A DNA stretch of 64,000 nucleotides from an uncultured Bacteroidales bacterium (GCA_964531985.1 CAZHFC010000007.1:21194-85193), one strand, 5' to 3'; positions 36,581 through 47,052 are shown, numbered from the stretch's first letter. Program-made: numbers and translations. Notes: generated by a model not told the origin, from the sequence alone.

Positions 36581-37534
36581 CTATGATGAGTGGGCCGAAA
36601 GAAATTCACGGATGTTCTTTTCCACACGTCCGGTCACATTGGTGTTATCGGCCCTGACAAACTTCTCGCCGGTGATGTTCTCATACAGCTCTATGTAGCG
36701 TTCCGAAACCGAACGGACAAAGTCGTCGGGCATGAACGGCATCTCCTGGCCTTCGTTCCCCATGAAGCCCTGTTCCATAAGCCATTGGCGGACGAATTCC
36801 TTGCTGAGCTGTTTCTGTGGTTCGCCCCCGGCCTGTCTTTCTTCGTAACCATCGCGGTAAAAGTACCTGGAGGAATCAGGCGTATGGATCTCGTCGATGA
36901 GGTATATCTGGTCGCCGATCTTGCCAAATTCGTACTTGGTGTCGACAAGGATCAGCCCCATTTCGGCGGCAATTTCGGATCCCCGCCTGAAAAGCTCGCG
37001 CGTGTATTTATCGAGCAGGCGGTAGTCCTCTTCCGTAACCAGTCCCTGGCGGATGATCTCCGCTGCCGATATGTCTTCATCGTGTGCACCGCCCTGGGCT
37101 TTTGTGGTGGGGGTAACGATGGGCTCGGCAAAGGCCTGGTGTTCCTTCATTCCGTCGGGGATGGGAACCCCGCAGATCTCCCTGGCGCCTTTCTGGTAAT
37201 TCCTCCATGAACTGCCGGTAAGGTAGCCTCGGATGATCATCTCCACCGGGAAGGGCTTGCAGAAACGCCCGATGGTGACCATGGGGTCGGGCAGGGCGAT
37301 CTTCCAGTTGGGGACAATGTCGGCCGTGGCATCAAGGAATTTGGCTGCGATCTGGTTCAAAACCTGCCCTTTATAGGGGATGCCCTTGGGCAGCACCACA
37401 TCGAAAGCAGAGATGCGATCGGTGACCACCATCACCATCCATTTGTCGTCAATGTTGTACACATCACGTACTTTCCCCTTATAGAAGCTTTTTTGCCCGG
37501 GGAAATGAAAATCTGTTGCGGTTAATGTATTCAT
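36581..37534 (-). CDS. purC: Phosphoribosylaminoimidazole-succinocarboxamide (SAICAR) synthase, long form
   Basis: [41 protein letters not shown]. The ATG at 37534 is preferred (37561 is a TTG). Confidence 0.9.
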   Translation of the reverse strand: MNTLTATDFHFPGQKSFYKGKVRDVYNIDDKWMVMVVTDRISAFDVVLPKGIPYKGQVLNQIAAKFLDATADIVPNWKIALPDPMVTIGRFCKPFPVEMIIRGYLTGSSWRNYQKGAREICGVPIPDGMKEHQAFAEPIVTPTTKAQGGAHDEDISAAEIIRQGLVTEEDYRLLDKYTRELFRRGSEIAAEMGLILVDTKYEFGKIGDQIYLIDEIHTPDSSRYFYRDGYEERQAGGEPQKQLSKEFVRQWLMEQGFMGNEGQEMPFMPDDFVRSVSERYIELYENITGEKFVRADNTNVTGRVEKNIREFLSAHSS

Positions 37535-37630
37535 GTTTTTGCATTTTTTGTTTGAATGCAAAAATAATCAGAAAAAGTTAACCGCCAGGATGTAAAAAAA
37601 AGAAGTTAGTCCAATGTGCCGGATGCCTTC

Positions 37631-38023
37631 CTATTCCTGCAGTTCCAGCTCCTGGAGGCGTTTTTCAAGCTTGTCGGAGATCTCGTCGTACCTGGCCTGG
37701 TACATCTCTTCCTGTGTACAGATCACAAATTCCGTCCAGGATGCATACCAGTTGGCTGCTGATTCTGCCAGTGTAAGATATTCCTGGCTCAACTGGATAT
37801 TGGTGGGGTCTTTCTTGTAGGCTTCCACCACGGCAATGTAATCTTCCGTCCATTTTTCAAATTCATCCAGGAATTCATCACAGCTCATTTCTTCTTCGCC
37901 GGCGGTAGCTTCTTGTTCTACGGCCACGGCTTCATCGGTGCCTTCTTCGGCTTGCTGGGTGCTTCCCCCGCATGAAAACAGGAAAAAGCCCAGCATGATC
38001 AATACATAAAACAGTTTGTTCAT
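37631..38023 (-). CDS. Hypothetical acidic lipoprotein
   Basis: Lipobox MNKLFYVLIMLGFFLFSCGG, then a Glu-rich linker and a helical roughly 80-aa domain. I recognise no family. Confidence 0.5.
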   Translation of the reverse strand: MNKLFYVLIMLGFFLFSCGGSTQQAEEGTDEAVAVEQEATAGEEEMSCDEFLDEFEKWTEDYIAVVEAYKKDPTNIQLSQEYLTLAESAANWYASWTEFVICTQEEMYQARYDEISDKLEKRLQELELQE

Positions 38024-38117
38024 AGGACGCAATAATTAGGGTTAATGGTTCGAAAAGTTTTTAATGGATCGGTATAAAGATAAATGTTTTTTATATGTGA
38101 ATCAAGGGAGTTAATAA

Positions 38118-38564
38118 TTATTTTATTTCCAGCAGGCTGTTCTCGGTAGTGAGGAACAGGAAAACTTTATGGAAACGGGTTTCAAAGCCCCAATTGCCGG
38201 TATTCTGGTGTAATGCCGGGTGCCTGTCACCATCCTTACCCAGCAGGATGAGCAGCCAGAAACGGTCGATCAGTTTTTTCCGGTACAAATCCAGCTTGCT
38301 GTCTTTGCGGGCAATGCAGCCTGCAATCAGCTCCCGGCTGAGGTGCTTGTCGTTCTTTCCGGCTTCCGGGATGAGCCAGGTCAGCTCTATGCCGATGGAT
38401 TTCTTGCGGCCGGTCTTCAGGATGAAGTCGGGCGATTCAGCGGGGATGAGCCTGCCCGCAGGTTTTTCATCCAGCAGTCCGAAAAAGCGGTCGAGATATT
38501 CCCTTTCTCCGGTCTTTTTCTGATCATCATTTTTCGTCACCGGGATTATCCTTTTTAGCGCCAT
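38118..38564 (-). CDS. Hypothetical protein
   Basis: 148 aa from the ATG at 38564, overlapping the phoH 3' end by 38 nt. No motif recognised with confidence; SPDFIL...IGIELTWL faintly resembles a PD-(D/E)xK core. Confidence 0.4.
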   Translation of the reverse strand: MALKRIIPVTKNDDQKKTGEREYLDRFFGLLDEKPAGRLIPAESPDFILKTGRKKSIGIELTWLIPEAGKNDKHLSRELIAGCIARKDSKLDLYRKKLIDRFWLLILLGKDGDRHPALHQNTGNWGFETRFHKVFLFLTTENSLLEIK

Positions 38565-39498
38565 ATGCTGCAATTATTTTACTTACGAGCCTGTGGCGTA
38601 TGATGTCGGTTTCGTCGAGGTAGATGAACTCTATGTCGCTGGTGTTCTTCAGTATCCGGGCGGCATGGATGAGCCCCGATTCCTGTTTTGGCGGGAGGTC
38701 GATCTGGGTTATGTCGCCGGTAACGATAAATTTTGATGAACGCCCCATGCGTGTGAGGAACATTTTTAACTGGTTGGGTGTGGTGTTCTGCGCTTCGTCG
38801 AGGATGGCAAAGGCATGGTCGAGGGTGCGGCCTCGCATAAAGGCCAGCGGGGCCACTTCGATGGTGCCGTCTTCGAGGTACGACAAGAGTTTTTGCATGG
38901 GCAGCATGTCGCGGAGGGCATCGTAGAGCGGCTGCAGATATGGATCGAGCTTGTCCTTGAGGTCGCCGGGAAGAAAGCCGAGGTTCTCGCCTGCTTCAAC
39001 AGCCGGCCGGGTTAGAATGATGCGCCTGACTTCCTTGTTCTTCAATGCCCTTACGGCGAGTGCAACAGCGGTATATGTCTTGCCCGTACCCGCCGGACCG
39101 ATGGCAAAAATGAGGTCGTGCGCGTCGCTTCCGCTGACCATCCTGCGCTGGTTGTGTGTACGTGCCTTTACCAGCAGGCCGTCGCGGCCGTATACCAGGA
39201 TATCGTCGCTTTTGCCGTTAACCGCAGGCTCGGGCTTGTCGTTCTCCTTTTCCCCCATGACCTGCACCACATCATTCTCGGTAATCCTGCCGAATTGTTC
39301 ATAGGAAGTGAGCAGCAGGGAAAAGCGGCGCTCAAAAACCAGCAGTTCCGCATCAGGACCGGCTACCTTGATAAGGTCGCCGCGGGCAATGATCTTTAAC
39401 TGGGGAAATAGCTTCCTGATGAGCTCAAGGTTTTTATCGCTTACCCCGTAAATATCCAAAGGGCTGTACCCTTCAATGGAAATACTGATCTCGTTCAT
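38527..39498 (-). CDS. phoH: PhoH family ATPase (phosphate starvation-inducible protein)
   Basis: Walker A GPAGTGKTYTAVALAV, ILDEAQN, VTGDITQIDLP. 323 aa. Confidence 0.9.
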   Translation of the reverse strand: MNEISISIEGYSPLDIYGVSDKNLELIRKLFPQLKIIARGDLIKVAGPDAELLVFERRFSLLLTSYEQFGRITENDVVQVMGEKENDKPEPAVNGKSDDILVYGRDGLLVKARTHNQRRMVSGSDAHDLIFAIGPAGTGKTYTAVALAVRALKNKEVRRIILTRPAVEAGENLGFLPGDLKDKLDPYLQPLYDALRDMLPMQKLLSYLEDGTIEVAPLAFMRGRTLDHAFAILDEAQNTTPNQLKMFLTRMGRSSKFIVTGDITQIDLPPKQESGLIHAARILKNTSDIEFIYLDETDIIRHRLVSKIIAAYGAKKDNPGDEK

Positions 39499-39579
39499 GC
39501 CATACGTGCTTTATTGTTTCACCGTCGCTTAGGAATACCCAAAACTAATGAAAAAAAACGATGATTTGAACGAAATGAT

Positions 39580-39587
39580 TACTTTTG
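39580..39587 (+). promoter_or_regulatory. Candidate -7 promoter box (TACTTTTG) upstream of the SAM hydrolase gene
   Basis: Exact TAnnTTTG, 47 nt upstream of the ATG at 39635. Confidence 0.3.
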
Positions 39588-39634
39588 ATGATGGTTTAAG
39601 GGATGTGATTTTTATAAACCTTTGAGGATTGACT

Positions 39635-40411
39635 ATGGCGCTTATTACACTGACCAGCGACTGGGGAATGAAGGACCATTACCTGGCTTCTGTTAAAGGA
39701 GCCATACTGAATCAGATACCCGATGCCCGCATTATTGACATATCCCATTCAATTCCTCCGCATAACCTCACCCAGGCCGCATTTATTATCAGGAACTGCT
39801 ATCGCGATTTTCCGCCGGGTACGATCCACCTGATCGGAATCAGTACCGAGGAATCGGAAACCCGGCCGCATACAGCCATATCGGCCGAAGGCCAGTATTT
39901 CATCGGTTGCGACAATGGTATTTTTTCGCTGATCTTCGACAAGCCCCCCGACAAGATCGTTGAGATCGGGCTGATGCAGGACTCGGAATTCTTTACTTTT
40001 TCCACCCGCCACCGTTTCATCAAGGCAGCCGCGATGCTGGCCGGCGGTGGCAGCATTGAGGAACTGGGAAACATACGCGAACAGCTCCACGAAAAGATCC
40101 TTTTCGCCCCCGTAATCGAAAAGGATGTGATCAAGGGCATGGTCATTTACATCGATAACTACCAGAATGTGATCACCAATATCAGCCGTGAAAAATTCAG
40201 GGAGGTGGGAAAAAACAGGAAGTTCACCATTTATATGCGCGGTGAGGAGATCAGCCGGATCTCCGAATCCTATTCTGATGTGCCGCTTGGCGAAGTGCTG
40301 GCATTGTTCGGCTGTCACGGCAACCTTGAGATCGCCATGAACAACGCCAATGCAAGCAACCTGCTGGGCCTTGGCATTGATGACCCGGTGCGGGTGGAGT
40401 TTACGGGATAA
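39635..40411 (+). CDS. S-adenosyl-L-methionine hydroxide adenosyltransferase (SAM hydrolase, DUF62 family)
   Basis: MALITLTSDWGMKDHYLASVKGAIL matches the DUF62 N-terminal signature (TDFG..D.YV..MKG). 258 aa. Confidence 0.8.
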   Translation: MALITLTSDWGMKDHYLASVKGAILNQIPDARIIDISHSIPPHNLTQAAFIIRNCYRDFPPGTIHLIGISTEESETRPHTAISAEGQYFIGCDNGIFSLIFDKPPDKIVEIGLMQDSEFFTFSTRHRFIKAAAMLAGGGSIEELGNIREQLHEKILFAPVIEKDVIKGMVIYIDNYQNVITNISREKFREVGKNRKFTIYMRGEEISRISESYSDVPLGEVLALFGCHGNLEIAMNNANASNLLGLGIDDPVRVEFTG

Positions 40412-40644
40412 GGCCCGTCCATTCCTCTGATTATCCTTCAAAATACTGATCCCCCGCATGGCCGGCAATACTGATTGTGAACGTTCAGTGCAGGGAAAAT
40501 CCCGGGATTGTTATTTTGAAGTTACCGGCATATTCCGGCTAAAGTATCATACTAATTGACCGTCCCCGCCGTTTTCATAAAAATACGTAATTTAGCCCCT
40601 GTTTTCCGCCCATCATGCGGGCCGGATATAAGATACTGTAAAAC

Positions 40645-41391
40645 ATGCTGGCATTACTGAAGAAAGAGATCAACGGTTTTTTGAGCACGCTCACCGCCTA
40701 TATCGCCATGGTGGTGTTCCTGCTGGTGCTGAGCTTTTTCCTTTGGATGCTGAATGTTGACCTTTTCCTGGGGTTGCATGATATCATATCCAACCGGTCG
40801 GCAAGCCTTTTTGGACTGTTTGCCGTGGCTCCTTATGTTTTCATGTTCCTGATACCGGCCATCACCATGCGGATGTTTGCAGAGGAAAAACGCACCGGTA
40901 CCTATGAGCTTCTGCTTACACAACCCCTGTCGGACATGCAGATCGTACTGGCCAAGTTCCTGGCCGGGGTTCTGCTGGTCATCTTCTCACTGCTGCCCAC
41001 CCTGCTGTACTTTTATTCCATATACCAGCTTGGCGATACGGTCGGTAACATCGATGCCGGTGCCACCTGGGCCTCCTATCTGGGGTTACTGCTGGTTGGT
41101 GCATGTTTTGTGGCCATTGGTATTTTTGCCTCCTCGCTTACCGGCAGCCAGATACTTTCTTTCATTTTTGCGGCACTGATATGCGTCTTTATGTTTATCG
41201 GCTTCAGCACACTTTGGAAAATGCAGGTTTTTGGCGGGGTGGCATTGTTCATCCATTCACTGGGCATGCTGGCACATTACGACTCTATCATGCGCGGTGT
41301 GATCGATGTGAGGGATGTGGTGTATTTTCTGAGTGTGATCGTCCTTTTCCTTATGATGACAAAGTTTGTCCTGGCGGGAAGGAAATGGTAA
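40645..41391 (+). CDS. gldF: Gliding-motility-associated ABC transporter permease GldF-like
   Basis: MLALLKKEINGFLSTLTAYIAMVVFLL N-terminus, six hydrophobic segments, EEKRTGTYELLLTQPLS (ABC-2 permease motif). Followed by gldG. Confidence 0.7.
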   Translation: MLALLKKEINGFLSTLTAYIAMVVFLLVLSFFLWMLNVDLFLGLHDIISNRSASLFGLFAVAPYVFMFLIPAITMRMFAEEKRTGTYELLLTQPLSDMQIVLAKFLAGVLLVIFSLLPTLLYFYSIYQLGDTVGNIDAGATWASYLGLLLVGACFVAIGIFASSLTGSQILSFIFAALICVFMFIGFSTLWKMQVFGGVALFIHSLGMLAHYDSIMRGVIDVRDVVYFLSVIVLFLMMTKFVLAGRKW

Positions 41392-41482
41392 TGCGTACAT
41401 ACAGTAACGGCCCGGGTAAAAACCTCTGAGGGTACAGGAACAGACGGATCGGGGCCAAAGAACAGGATTGAATAAAAAGATT

Positions 41483-43228
41483 ATGAGTAAAACAAGAAGA
41501 AATCAAAAACGAAGTGCCTGGGTACAGTTTCTGCTGATCCTGGTGGTCATCGTTTTTGTGAACCTCATTGTTTCTTTCCTGCCCCTTCGCTTCGATCTGA
41601 CGGCAAACAGGCTTTATTCCGTGTCGGACGAAACGCGCCAGATGCTCAAAAGCCTCGATGATATTGTGTATTTCCAGATCTATCTCGATGGTCAGCTTCC
41701 TCCCGATTACCGCAGGCTGAAGAAAGCTGCCAAGGAGATGCTGGATGAATTCCACGTGATCAGCGACAAGGTACAGTACGAGTTTATCAATCCTTCGGCC
41801 AGCGATGATCCGCGCGACCGTATGCTCACCCAGCAGAATATCGAGGAAAGAGGGCTGGTGGCCGACCAGCACCGCGAGGATGGCAGCGAAGGAGTGAAAT
41901 TCCGAAAGATATTTCCGGGGGCCATCGTCACCTATAAATCGCGCGAACTGCCGCTGCAGTTCCTCCAGCCCGAGCGTTTTCCGATGCGACTTGAACAACG
42001 CATCAACCGTGCCATTAACGAGATAGAATTCAGCCTTGCATATACAATCGGCATCCTGAGCAGGGAAACCAAGCCCAACATTGCCTTTATCGAAGGTCAC
42101 GGTGAACTGGGGCGGCTTGAAACGGCCGATATCAGTAAGGCACTTGCCGATAATTATATCGTGGAAAGGATTCGCCTCAATGAGCAGGTGAATATCCTCA
42201 CCGAAAGGGTCGAGACCGATTCGGGCAATTTTGTTGTCAGGAACAAGTACCGGGCCATCATCATTGCCGGGCCCGATTCGGTATTCAGTGAAAAGGACAA
42301 ATTTATCATCGACCAGTATGTGATGTACGGAGGAAGCGTGCTTTGGCTGATCGACCCGGTTTTTGCCCGTATGGACAGTCTGCAGTTCACGGGGGTAAGC
42401 ATGGGCATCACCAACGACATCCACCTCGATGATATGCTTTTCAACTATGGGGTGAGGCTAAATACCGATCTGGTCATGGACCTGATCGCACTGCCCATTG
42501 CCATGGTTTCGGGCTCTACGGCCGGCCAGCCCAACATCGAGTTTTTCCCCTGGTATTTCTTTCCGCTGGTGGCTTCCGACACCAGCCATCCGGTGGTGAA
42601 CAACGTGGGAGCTTTGAAAACCGAGTTTGTCAGCAGCATCGACACCATCGGCGTGCGCGGCATCAAAAAGACCTTCCTGCTCAGGACCTCACCTTATTCA
42701 AGGCGGCTGAATGCCCCTGTTTATATAAATTTGAACATCGTTAACGAGGAACCCGACCGCAGCCTGTATAACCTGAAGAATCTTCCTGTGGCCGTTTTGC
42801 TCGAAGGGGAATTCAACTCACTCTATAAAAACAGGATCCCGCCCGCCCTGGCCGGCAGCAGGGAAATCGCCTTTGCGGAAAGCAGCCGTCCCACAGCCAT
42901 GATCATCGTTTCCGACGGAGATGTGATAAAGAACCAGTTTCACTATTCACAGGGATATCCGCTGCCCCTGGGGTACGACCAGTATACCGGCGAAACCTTT
43001 GGCAATAAACGTTTCATCCTGAATGCCATCGACTACCTGGTGTCGGGATCGGAATTAAACACCATCAGGCAAAAAAACTTCAGCATCCCCTCACTCGACG
43101 ATGCATACCTGAAAGATCACGGCTTTTCGTGGCGCCTGGCCAACTCGGCCATCCCGCCCCTGGTGGTGATCATCTTTGGCATTGCATATGCCATCATCCG
43201 CAGAAAAAGATATGCTTCCACCAAATAG
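41483..43228 (+). CDS. gldG: GldG-like ABC-transporter auxiliary component
   Basis: N-terminal TM (WVQFLLILVVIVFVNLIV), DLTANRLYSVSDETRQML, large periplasmic domain, C-terminal TM (PPLVVIIFGIAYAIIRRK). The ATG at 41483 is preferred over the TTG at 41468. Confidence 0.7.
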   Translation: MSKTRRNQKRSAWVQFLLILVVIVFVNLIVSFLPLRFDLTANRLYSVSDETRQMLKSLDDIVYFQIYLDGQLPPDYRRLKKAAKEMLDEFHVISDKVQYEFINPSASDDPRDRMLTQQNIEERGLVADQHREDGSEGVKFRKIFPGAIVTYKSRELPLQFLQPERFPMRLEQRINRAINEIEFSLAYTIGILSRETKPNIAFIEGHGELGRLETADISKALADNYIVERIRLNEQVNILTERVETDSGNFVVRNKYRAIIIAGPDSVFSEKDKFIIDQYVMYGGSVLWLIDPVFARMDSLQFTGVSMGITNDIHLDDMLFNYGVRLNTDLVMDLIALPIAMVSGSTAGQPNIEFFPWYFFPLVASDTSHPVVNNVGALKTEFVSSIDTIGVRGIKKTFLLRTSPYSRRLNAPVYINLNIVNEEPDRSLYNLKNLPVAVLLEGEFNSLYKNRIPPALAGSREIAFAESSRPTAMIIVSDGDVIKNQFHYSQGYPLPLGYDQYTGETFGNKRFILNAIDYLVSGSELNTIRQKNFSIPSLDDAYLKDHGFSWRLANSAIPPLVVIIFGIAYAIIRRKRYASTK

Positions 43229-43329
43229 GAACCCCATGAAATATTTACCGGTAGAAATTCGCAAACACAGCCATGTCATGAACATCCGCAGAGAGGTTCC
43301 GTCATATCGCTAAAAAAAAGATATTAACG

Positions 43330-44388
43330 ATGAAAAAAAACAAATTACTGCTCATACTTGCCATCATCCTGGTTATTGCCGGGAGCCTGTTTGTGGTTAA
43401 CCACAGCTATACCACGCTGAGCCACTCCGAAAGCGGGTTTGCCATTGCCGATACGGCAACGGTCACCAAAATTTTCATGGCCGACATGAACAACAGGACC
43501 GTTAAGCTGGTAAAGCAGGAACCGGGTGTGTGGATACTGAACGATCAGTATCTTGCCAACAGTTATAATGTGGCCATGCTGCTCAGGACCGTGAAAGAAC
43601 TTACGGTGCGCTACCCGGTACCCCTTGTGGCCCGCGACAATGTGATCAGCAGGCTGGCAACCATCGCCAGGAAGGTTGAGATCTATCAGATGGAATATGC
43701 CGTGAACCTGTTCAACTACATCAGGCTTTTTCCACGCGAAAAACTCACGCGCACTTATTATGTTGGTGATGCTACAGCCGACAACCGCGGTACATACATG
43801 CAGATGGAGGGTGCCGACCAGCCCTACGTTGTATTCCTGCCCATGCTCAGGGGGTATATCTATCCGCGTTACAGCACGGATGAGGACGACTGGCGTGATC
43901 ACAGCATTTTTCAGACACCCATCAATGAGTTTGCTTCGGTCAGGATTGAATATCTCGAAGAACCCGAAGAGTCGTTTATCGTTGAGAGCGACGGATTCGG
44001 CGATTTTACGCTGACCACCCTCCACGACGGCCTGCAAAAGGATTATGACACGCTCAGGATGCTGCAGTTTGTGTCGGCCTTCAAAGACATCCGCTATGAG
44101 GCAGTCCTGAACAACAAGCTGGAGCAGCACTATATTGATTCCATCACGGCCGGCTCCGAAGCTCATCGCATCACCCTGGAAGATATTGAAGGGGAAAAAT
44201 ATTTTGTGAAGACATACCGGAAAAGAGGGTTTGCAGAGTTATTTGAGCATGACGGTGCCGCCCTTGAACCCTTCGACCTCGACCGCCTGTATGCGTACGT
44301 CAATGACGACAGGGATTTTGTGCTGATACAGTATTTTGTTTTCGACAAAGTATTACGGACGGCCTCTTACCTGCAGAAAAAGGAATGA
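43330..44388 (+). CDS. DUF4340-like protein (commonly follows gldG)
   Basis: N-terminal TM MKKNKLLLILAIILVIAGSLFVV, 352 aa, positioned directly after gldG. The family call rests on gene order and general resemblance only. Confidence 0.55.
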   Translation: MKKNKLLLILAIILVIAGSLFVVNHSYTTLSHSESGFAIADTATVTKIFMADMNNRTVKLVKQEPGVWILNDQYLANSYNVAMLLRTVKELTVRYPVPLVARDNVISRLATIARKVEIYQMEYAVNLFNYIRLFPREKLTRTYYVGDATADNRGTYMQMEGADQPYVVFLPMLRGYIYPRYSTDEDDWRDHSIFQTPINEFASVRIEYLEEPEESFIVESDGFGDFTLTTLHDGLQKDYDTLRMLQFVSAFKDIRYEAVLNNKLEQHYIDSITAGSEAHRITLEDIEGEKYFVKTYRKRGFAELFEHDGAALEPFDLDRLYAYVNDDRDFVLIQYFVFDKVLRTASYLQKKE

Positions 44389-44422
44389 TCCCGGGATGGT
44401 TTTTACAAAATGATCAGGAACA

Positions 44423-45694
44423 TTGAAACTGCTCATTCTTACACAGTATTATCCGCCTGAGACAGGTGCAGCGCAAAACCGCCTGCATGAGATGGCCCTC
44501 AGGCTCAAAAGCAGGGGTGTGGATATTACCGTGCTCACGGCTATGCCCAATTATCCGCAAATGAAAGTATATGATGGATATCGCCGTAGATGTTATAAGA
44601 GGGAGGAGGTCGACGGCATCGTGGTGCATCGCTCGTGGATCTTCGCTGGAAGAAGCAAATCCGTTTTCCTGAGATTGCTGAACTATTTCTCTTTCGTGAT
44701 CACTTCCTTTTTTGCCGGCTGGTTCAGGACCCCGAAATGTGATTATGTTTTTTGCGAATCGCCGCCGCTCTTTCTGGGGATCTCTGCCTGGCTGCTGTCG
44801 GTCATCAAAAGGGCCGGGCTGATACTGAACGTGTCGGACCTCTGGCCTGAAAGTGCAGAAAAGCTGGGCCTGGTCAGGTCGCGGTTGCTGCTGGGGATCA
44901 GCCGGCGGCTCGAGGAATTCCTGTACCGGAGATCGGTACTGGTTACAGGACAAACGCAGGGGATCGTAAACAATATATCAGGCCGTTTTCCTTTAAAAAA
45001 AGTATACTGGTTTCCCAACGGGGCCAGGCTTGAAAATTTCTCGCCGGACGGGATCAATATCTCCTGGCGTATCAAACATGGTTTCGCCCCCGGCGATTTT
45101 CTGGTGTTTTACGGAGGCATACTGGGACATGCACAGGGGCTCGAAGTGATATTGCATGCCGCCGCACGACTCACCGGGCTCCCCGATATCAAATTTGTGA
45201 TCATGGGCAGCGGCCCCCGCAGGGATGAACTGCTTAAGCTGAAGGAGGAGATGAAACTCCGGAGGCTGCATTTTTTCGATACCGTTGGCAAGGCTGAGAT
45301 GCCCGCCGTGATCGCCGCCATGGATGTGAGCGTGATCCCCCTTAAAAGACTGGAACTGTTCAAAGGGGCCATCCCTTCCAAAATATTTGAAAGCCTGGCC
45401 ATGAAAAAGCCTGTCCTGCTTGGGGTGGAAGGCGAAGCAAAGGAATTGTTCATCGATGAGGGCGGATGCGGACTGGCATTTGTACCGGAAGATGCCGCCG
45501 ACCTGGAAGCAAAGATCAGGCAGTTATATGAAGACAGGGAATTGCTTAAAAAACTCGGGGAAAATGCCAGGGCCTGTGTTGAGAAAAAGTTCAACCGCGA
45601 CATCATCACGGATGAGCTTCTCAGTCAATTTCTTCAGTTGTACGAAGAAGGGAAGGAAGGCAAAAAGGCTGGCAGTAAAACCCTTAAACAATGA
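44423..45694 (+). CDS. Glycosyltransferase family 4 (WcaI/WbuB-like)
   Basis: (TTG)KLLILTQYYPPETGAAQNRLHEMA N-terminus typical of WcaI-type GT4; C-terminal E...E region (FESLAMKKPVLLGVEGEA). There is no in-frame ATG upstream, so a TTG start is inferred. Confidence 0.8.
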   Translation: MKLLILTQYYPPETGAAQNRLHEMALRLKSRGVDITVLTAMPNYPQMKVYDGYRRRCYKREEVDGIVVHRSWIFAGRSKSVFLRLLNYFSFVITSFFAGWFRTPKCDYVFCESPPLFLGISAWLLSVIKRAGLILNVSDLWPESAEKLGLVRSRLLLGISRRLEEFLYRRSVLVTGQTQGIVNNISGRFPLKKVYWFPNGARLENFSPDGINISWRIKHGFAPGDFLVFYGGILGHAQGLEVILHAAARLTGLPDIKFVIMGSGPRRDELLKLKEEMKLRRLHFFDTVGKAEMPAVIAAMDVSVIPLKRLELFKGAIPSKIFESLAMKKPVLLGVEGEAKELFIDEGGCGLAFVPEDAADLEAKIRQLYEDRELLKKLGENARACVEKKFNRDIITDELLSQFLQLYEEGKEGKKAGSKTLKQ

Positions 45695-45750
45695 TATCAT
45701 GAAAGCCAATATGCTATCTTTAACGCGCCTGCAGCCATAAAGCCGAGCAA

Positions 45751-47034
45751 ATGACGAACATCCGCCAACACATATTTCGCCTGTACCGCATTGAATTCCT
45801 GCTGATGGCATTCATGCTGCCGATATACCGGAAGGTGATCCCGTATATTATTGCTTTGTTGGTATTGACCTGGCTGGCGGAGTTATTGCTGTGGCTTGCT
45901 GAAAGGGATTTTGCCGCCAGGATCCGAAAGCTGTTTACCGATCGGCACCGTCTGTATACGCTGCTCTTCGGGACTTTTTATGTTTATTACCTGTTCGGGA
46001 TGCTCTACACGAATAACTTTCATTACGGCTTGTTTGACCTGGAGGTAAAGCTATCGCTGCTTATCTTTCCGGTCATTTTTTTCACCATGGATACCGCCTT
46101 GTTGACGGCCAGAATGGCCCGGCAGCTAATGCTTTCATTTACCGGAGGGGTCGCGGCGGCCATGCTGCTGTGTTATGGCGTTGCACTGGCCGACTACCTT
46201 GGCAGCGGCTCAGGAATGGCGTTTTATTACAACCGCCTGTCGGTGCTTATCCATCCCTCATACCTGGCCATGTACGTTTGTTTTGCCATTTCCATCATCC
46301 TGTATTTTCTTGCCAACGGCATAATAAAGAAAGGTTCTGTGCGTGCAGCACTGTATGCACTGGTATTTTTGTTCGGTATTTTTATTGTCATGCTGAGTTC
46401 CAAGGCCGGCATCCTCAGCCTGGGGCTGGTTATTGCGCTTTACGCTTCATACCTGGTCATCATCAAAAGGCGTGTGGTGTACGGACTGATGCAGGGTACC
46501 GTGATGGCTGTGGTATTTGTCTTCCTGCTGGTTTTGTTCCCGGCTTCCGCGCAACGTTTTGAGCAATCGCGGGAAGACCTCGGCCAGGCCGATCTGAAGG
46601 CATCGGAAGTGGTGGGAAGCACGAGCGAACGGATCATGATATGGTGGTATTCGCTGGAGATCACAAACGAGCATTTCCTGGGCGGGGTCGGTACGGGCGA
46701 CGTAAAGGATAAGTTACTCGATAAGTATCGCGAAAAGAAGATGACACATGCCCTTGAGCTTGAGCTGAACGCCCACAACCAGTATTTGCAGACCATGATC
46801 GCACTGGGAATGGGCGGTTTGATCCTGCTGTTGCTATGCCTGGTTATTCCGGCCATGTACAGCATCGAACGGCGCCAATATCTCTACCTGGTTTTCCTGC
46901 TGCTCCTGGGGATGAACCTCCTGTTCGAATCCATGCTTGAAACCCAGGCCGGGGTGGTATTTTACGCCTTCTTCAATGCCTATCTTTTTGCCATAAAAAA
47001 AGATCCCGCCTCTGTGGAAGCGGGATCTCCTTGA
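45751..47034 (+). CDS. O-antigen ligase / O-antigen polymerase family membrane protein (Wzy_C)
   Basis: About 11 hydrophobic helices. Periplasmic loop with ...GVGTGDVKDKL...ELNAHNQYLQTMIALGMGGLILL, typical of Wzy_C proteins. Confidence 0.75.
   Translation: MTNIRQHIFRLYRIEFLLMAFMLPIYRKVIPYIIALLVLTWLAELLLWLAERDFAARIRKLFTDRHRLYTLLFGTFYVYYLFGMLYTNNFHYGLFDLEVKLSLLIFPVIFFTMDTALLTARMARQLMLSFTGGVAAAMLLCYGVALADYLGSGSGMAFYYNRLSVLIHPSYLAMYVCFAISIILYFLANGIIKKGSVRAALYALVFLFGIFIVMLSSKAGILSLGLVIALYASYLVIIKRRVVYGLMQGTVMAVVFVFLLVLFPASAQRFEQSREDLGQADLKASEVVGSTSERIMIWWYSLEITNEHFLGGVGTGDVKDKLLDKYREKKMTHALELELNAHNQYLQTMIALGMGGLILLLLCLVIPAMYSIERRQYLYLVFLLLLGMNLLFESMLETQAGVVFYAFFNAYLFAIKKDPASVEAGSP
46995..47028 (-). 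terminator. Rho-independent terminator of gdhA, embedded in the 3' end of the convergent ligase ORF
   Basis: AGATCCCGC (47001-47009) pairs with GCGGGATCT (47020-47028), 9 bp with a 10-nt loop. On the minus strand it is followed by a T-run (plus-strand A-run 46995-47000). Confidence 0.5.
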
Positions 47035-47052
47035 CAGATACAAGCCTGAATA

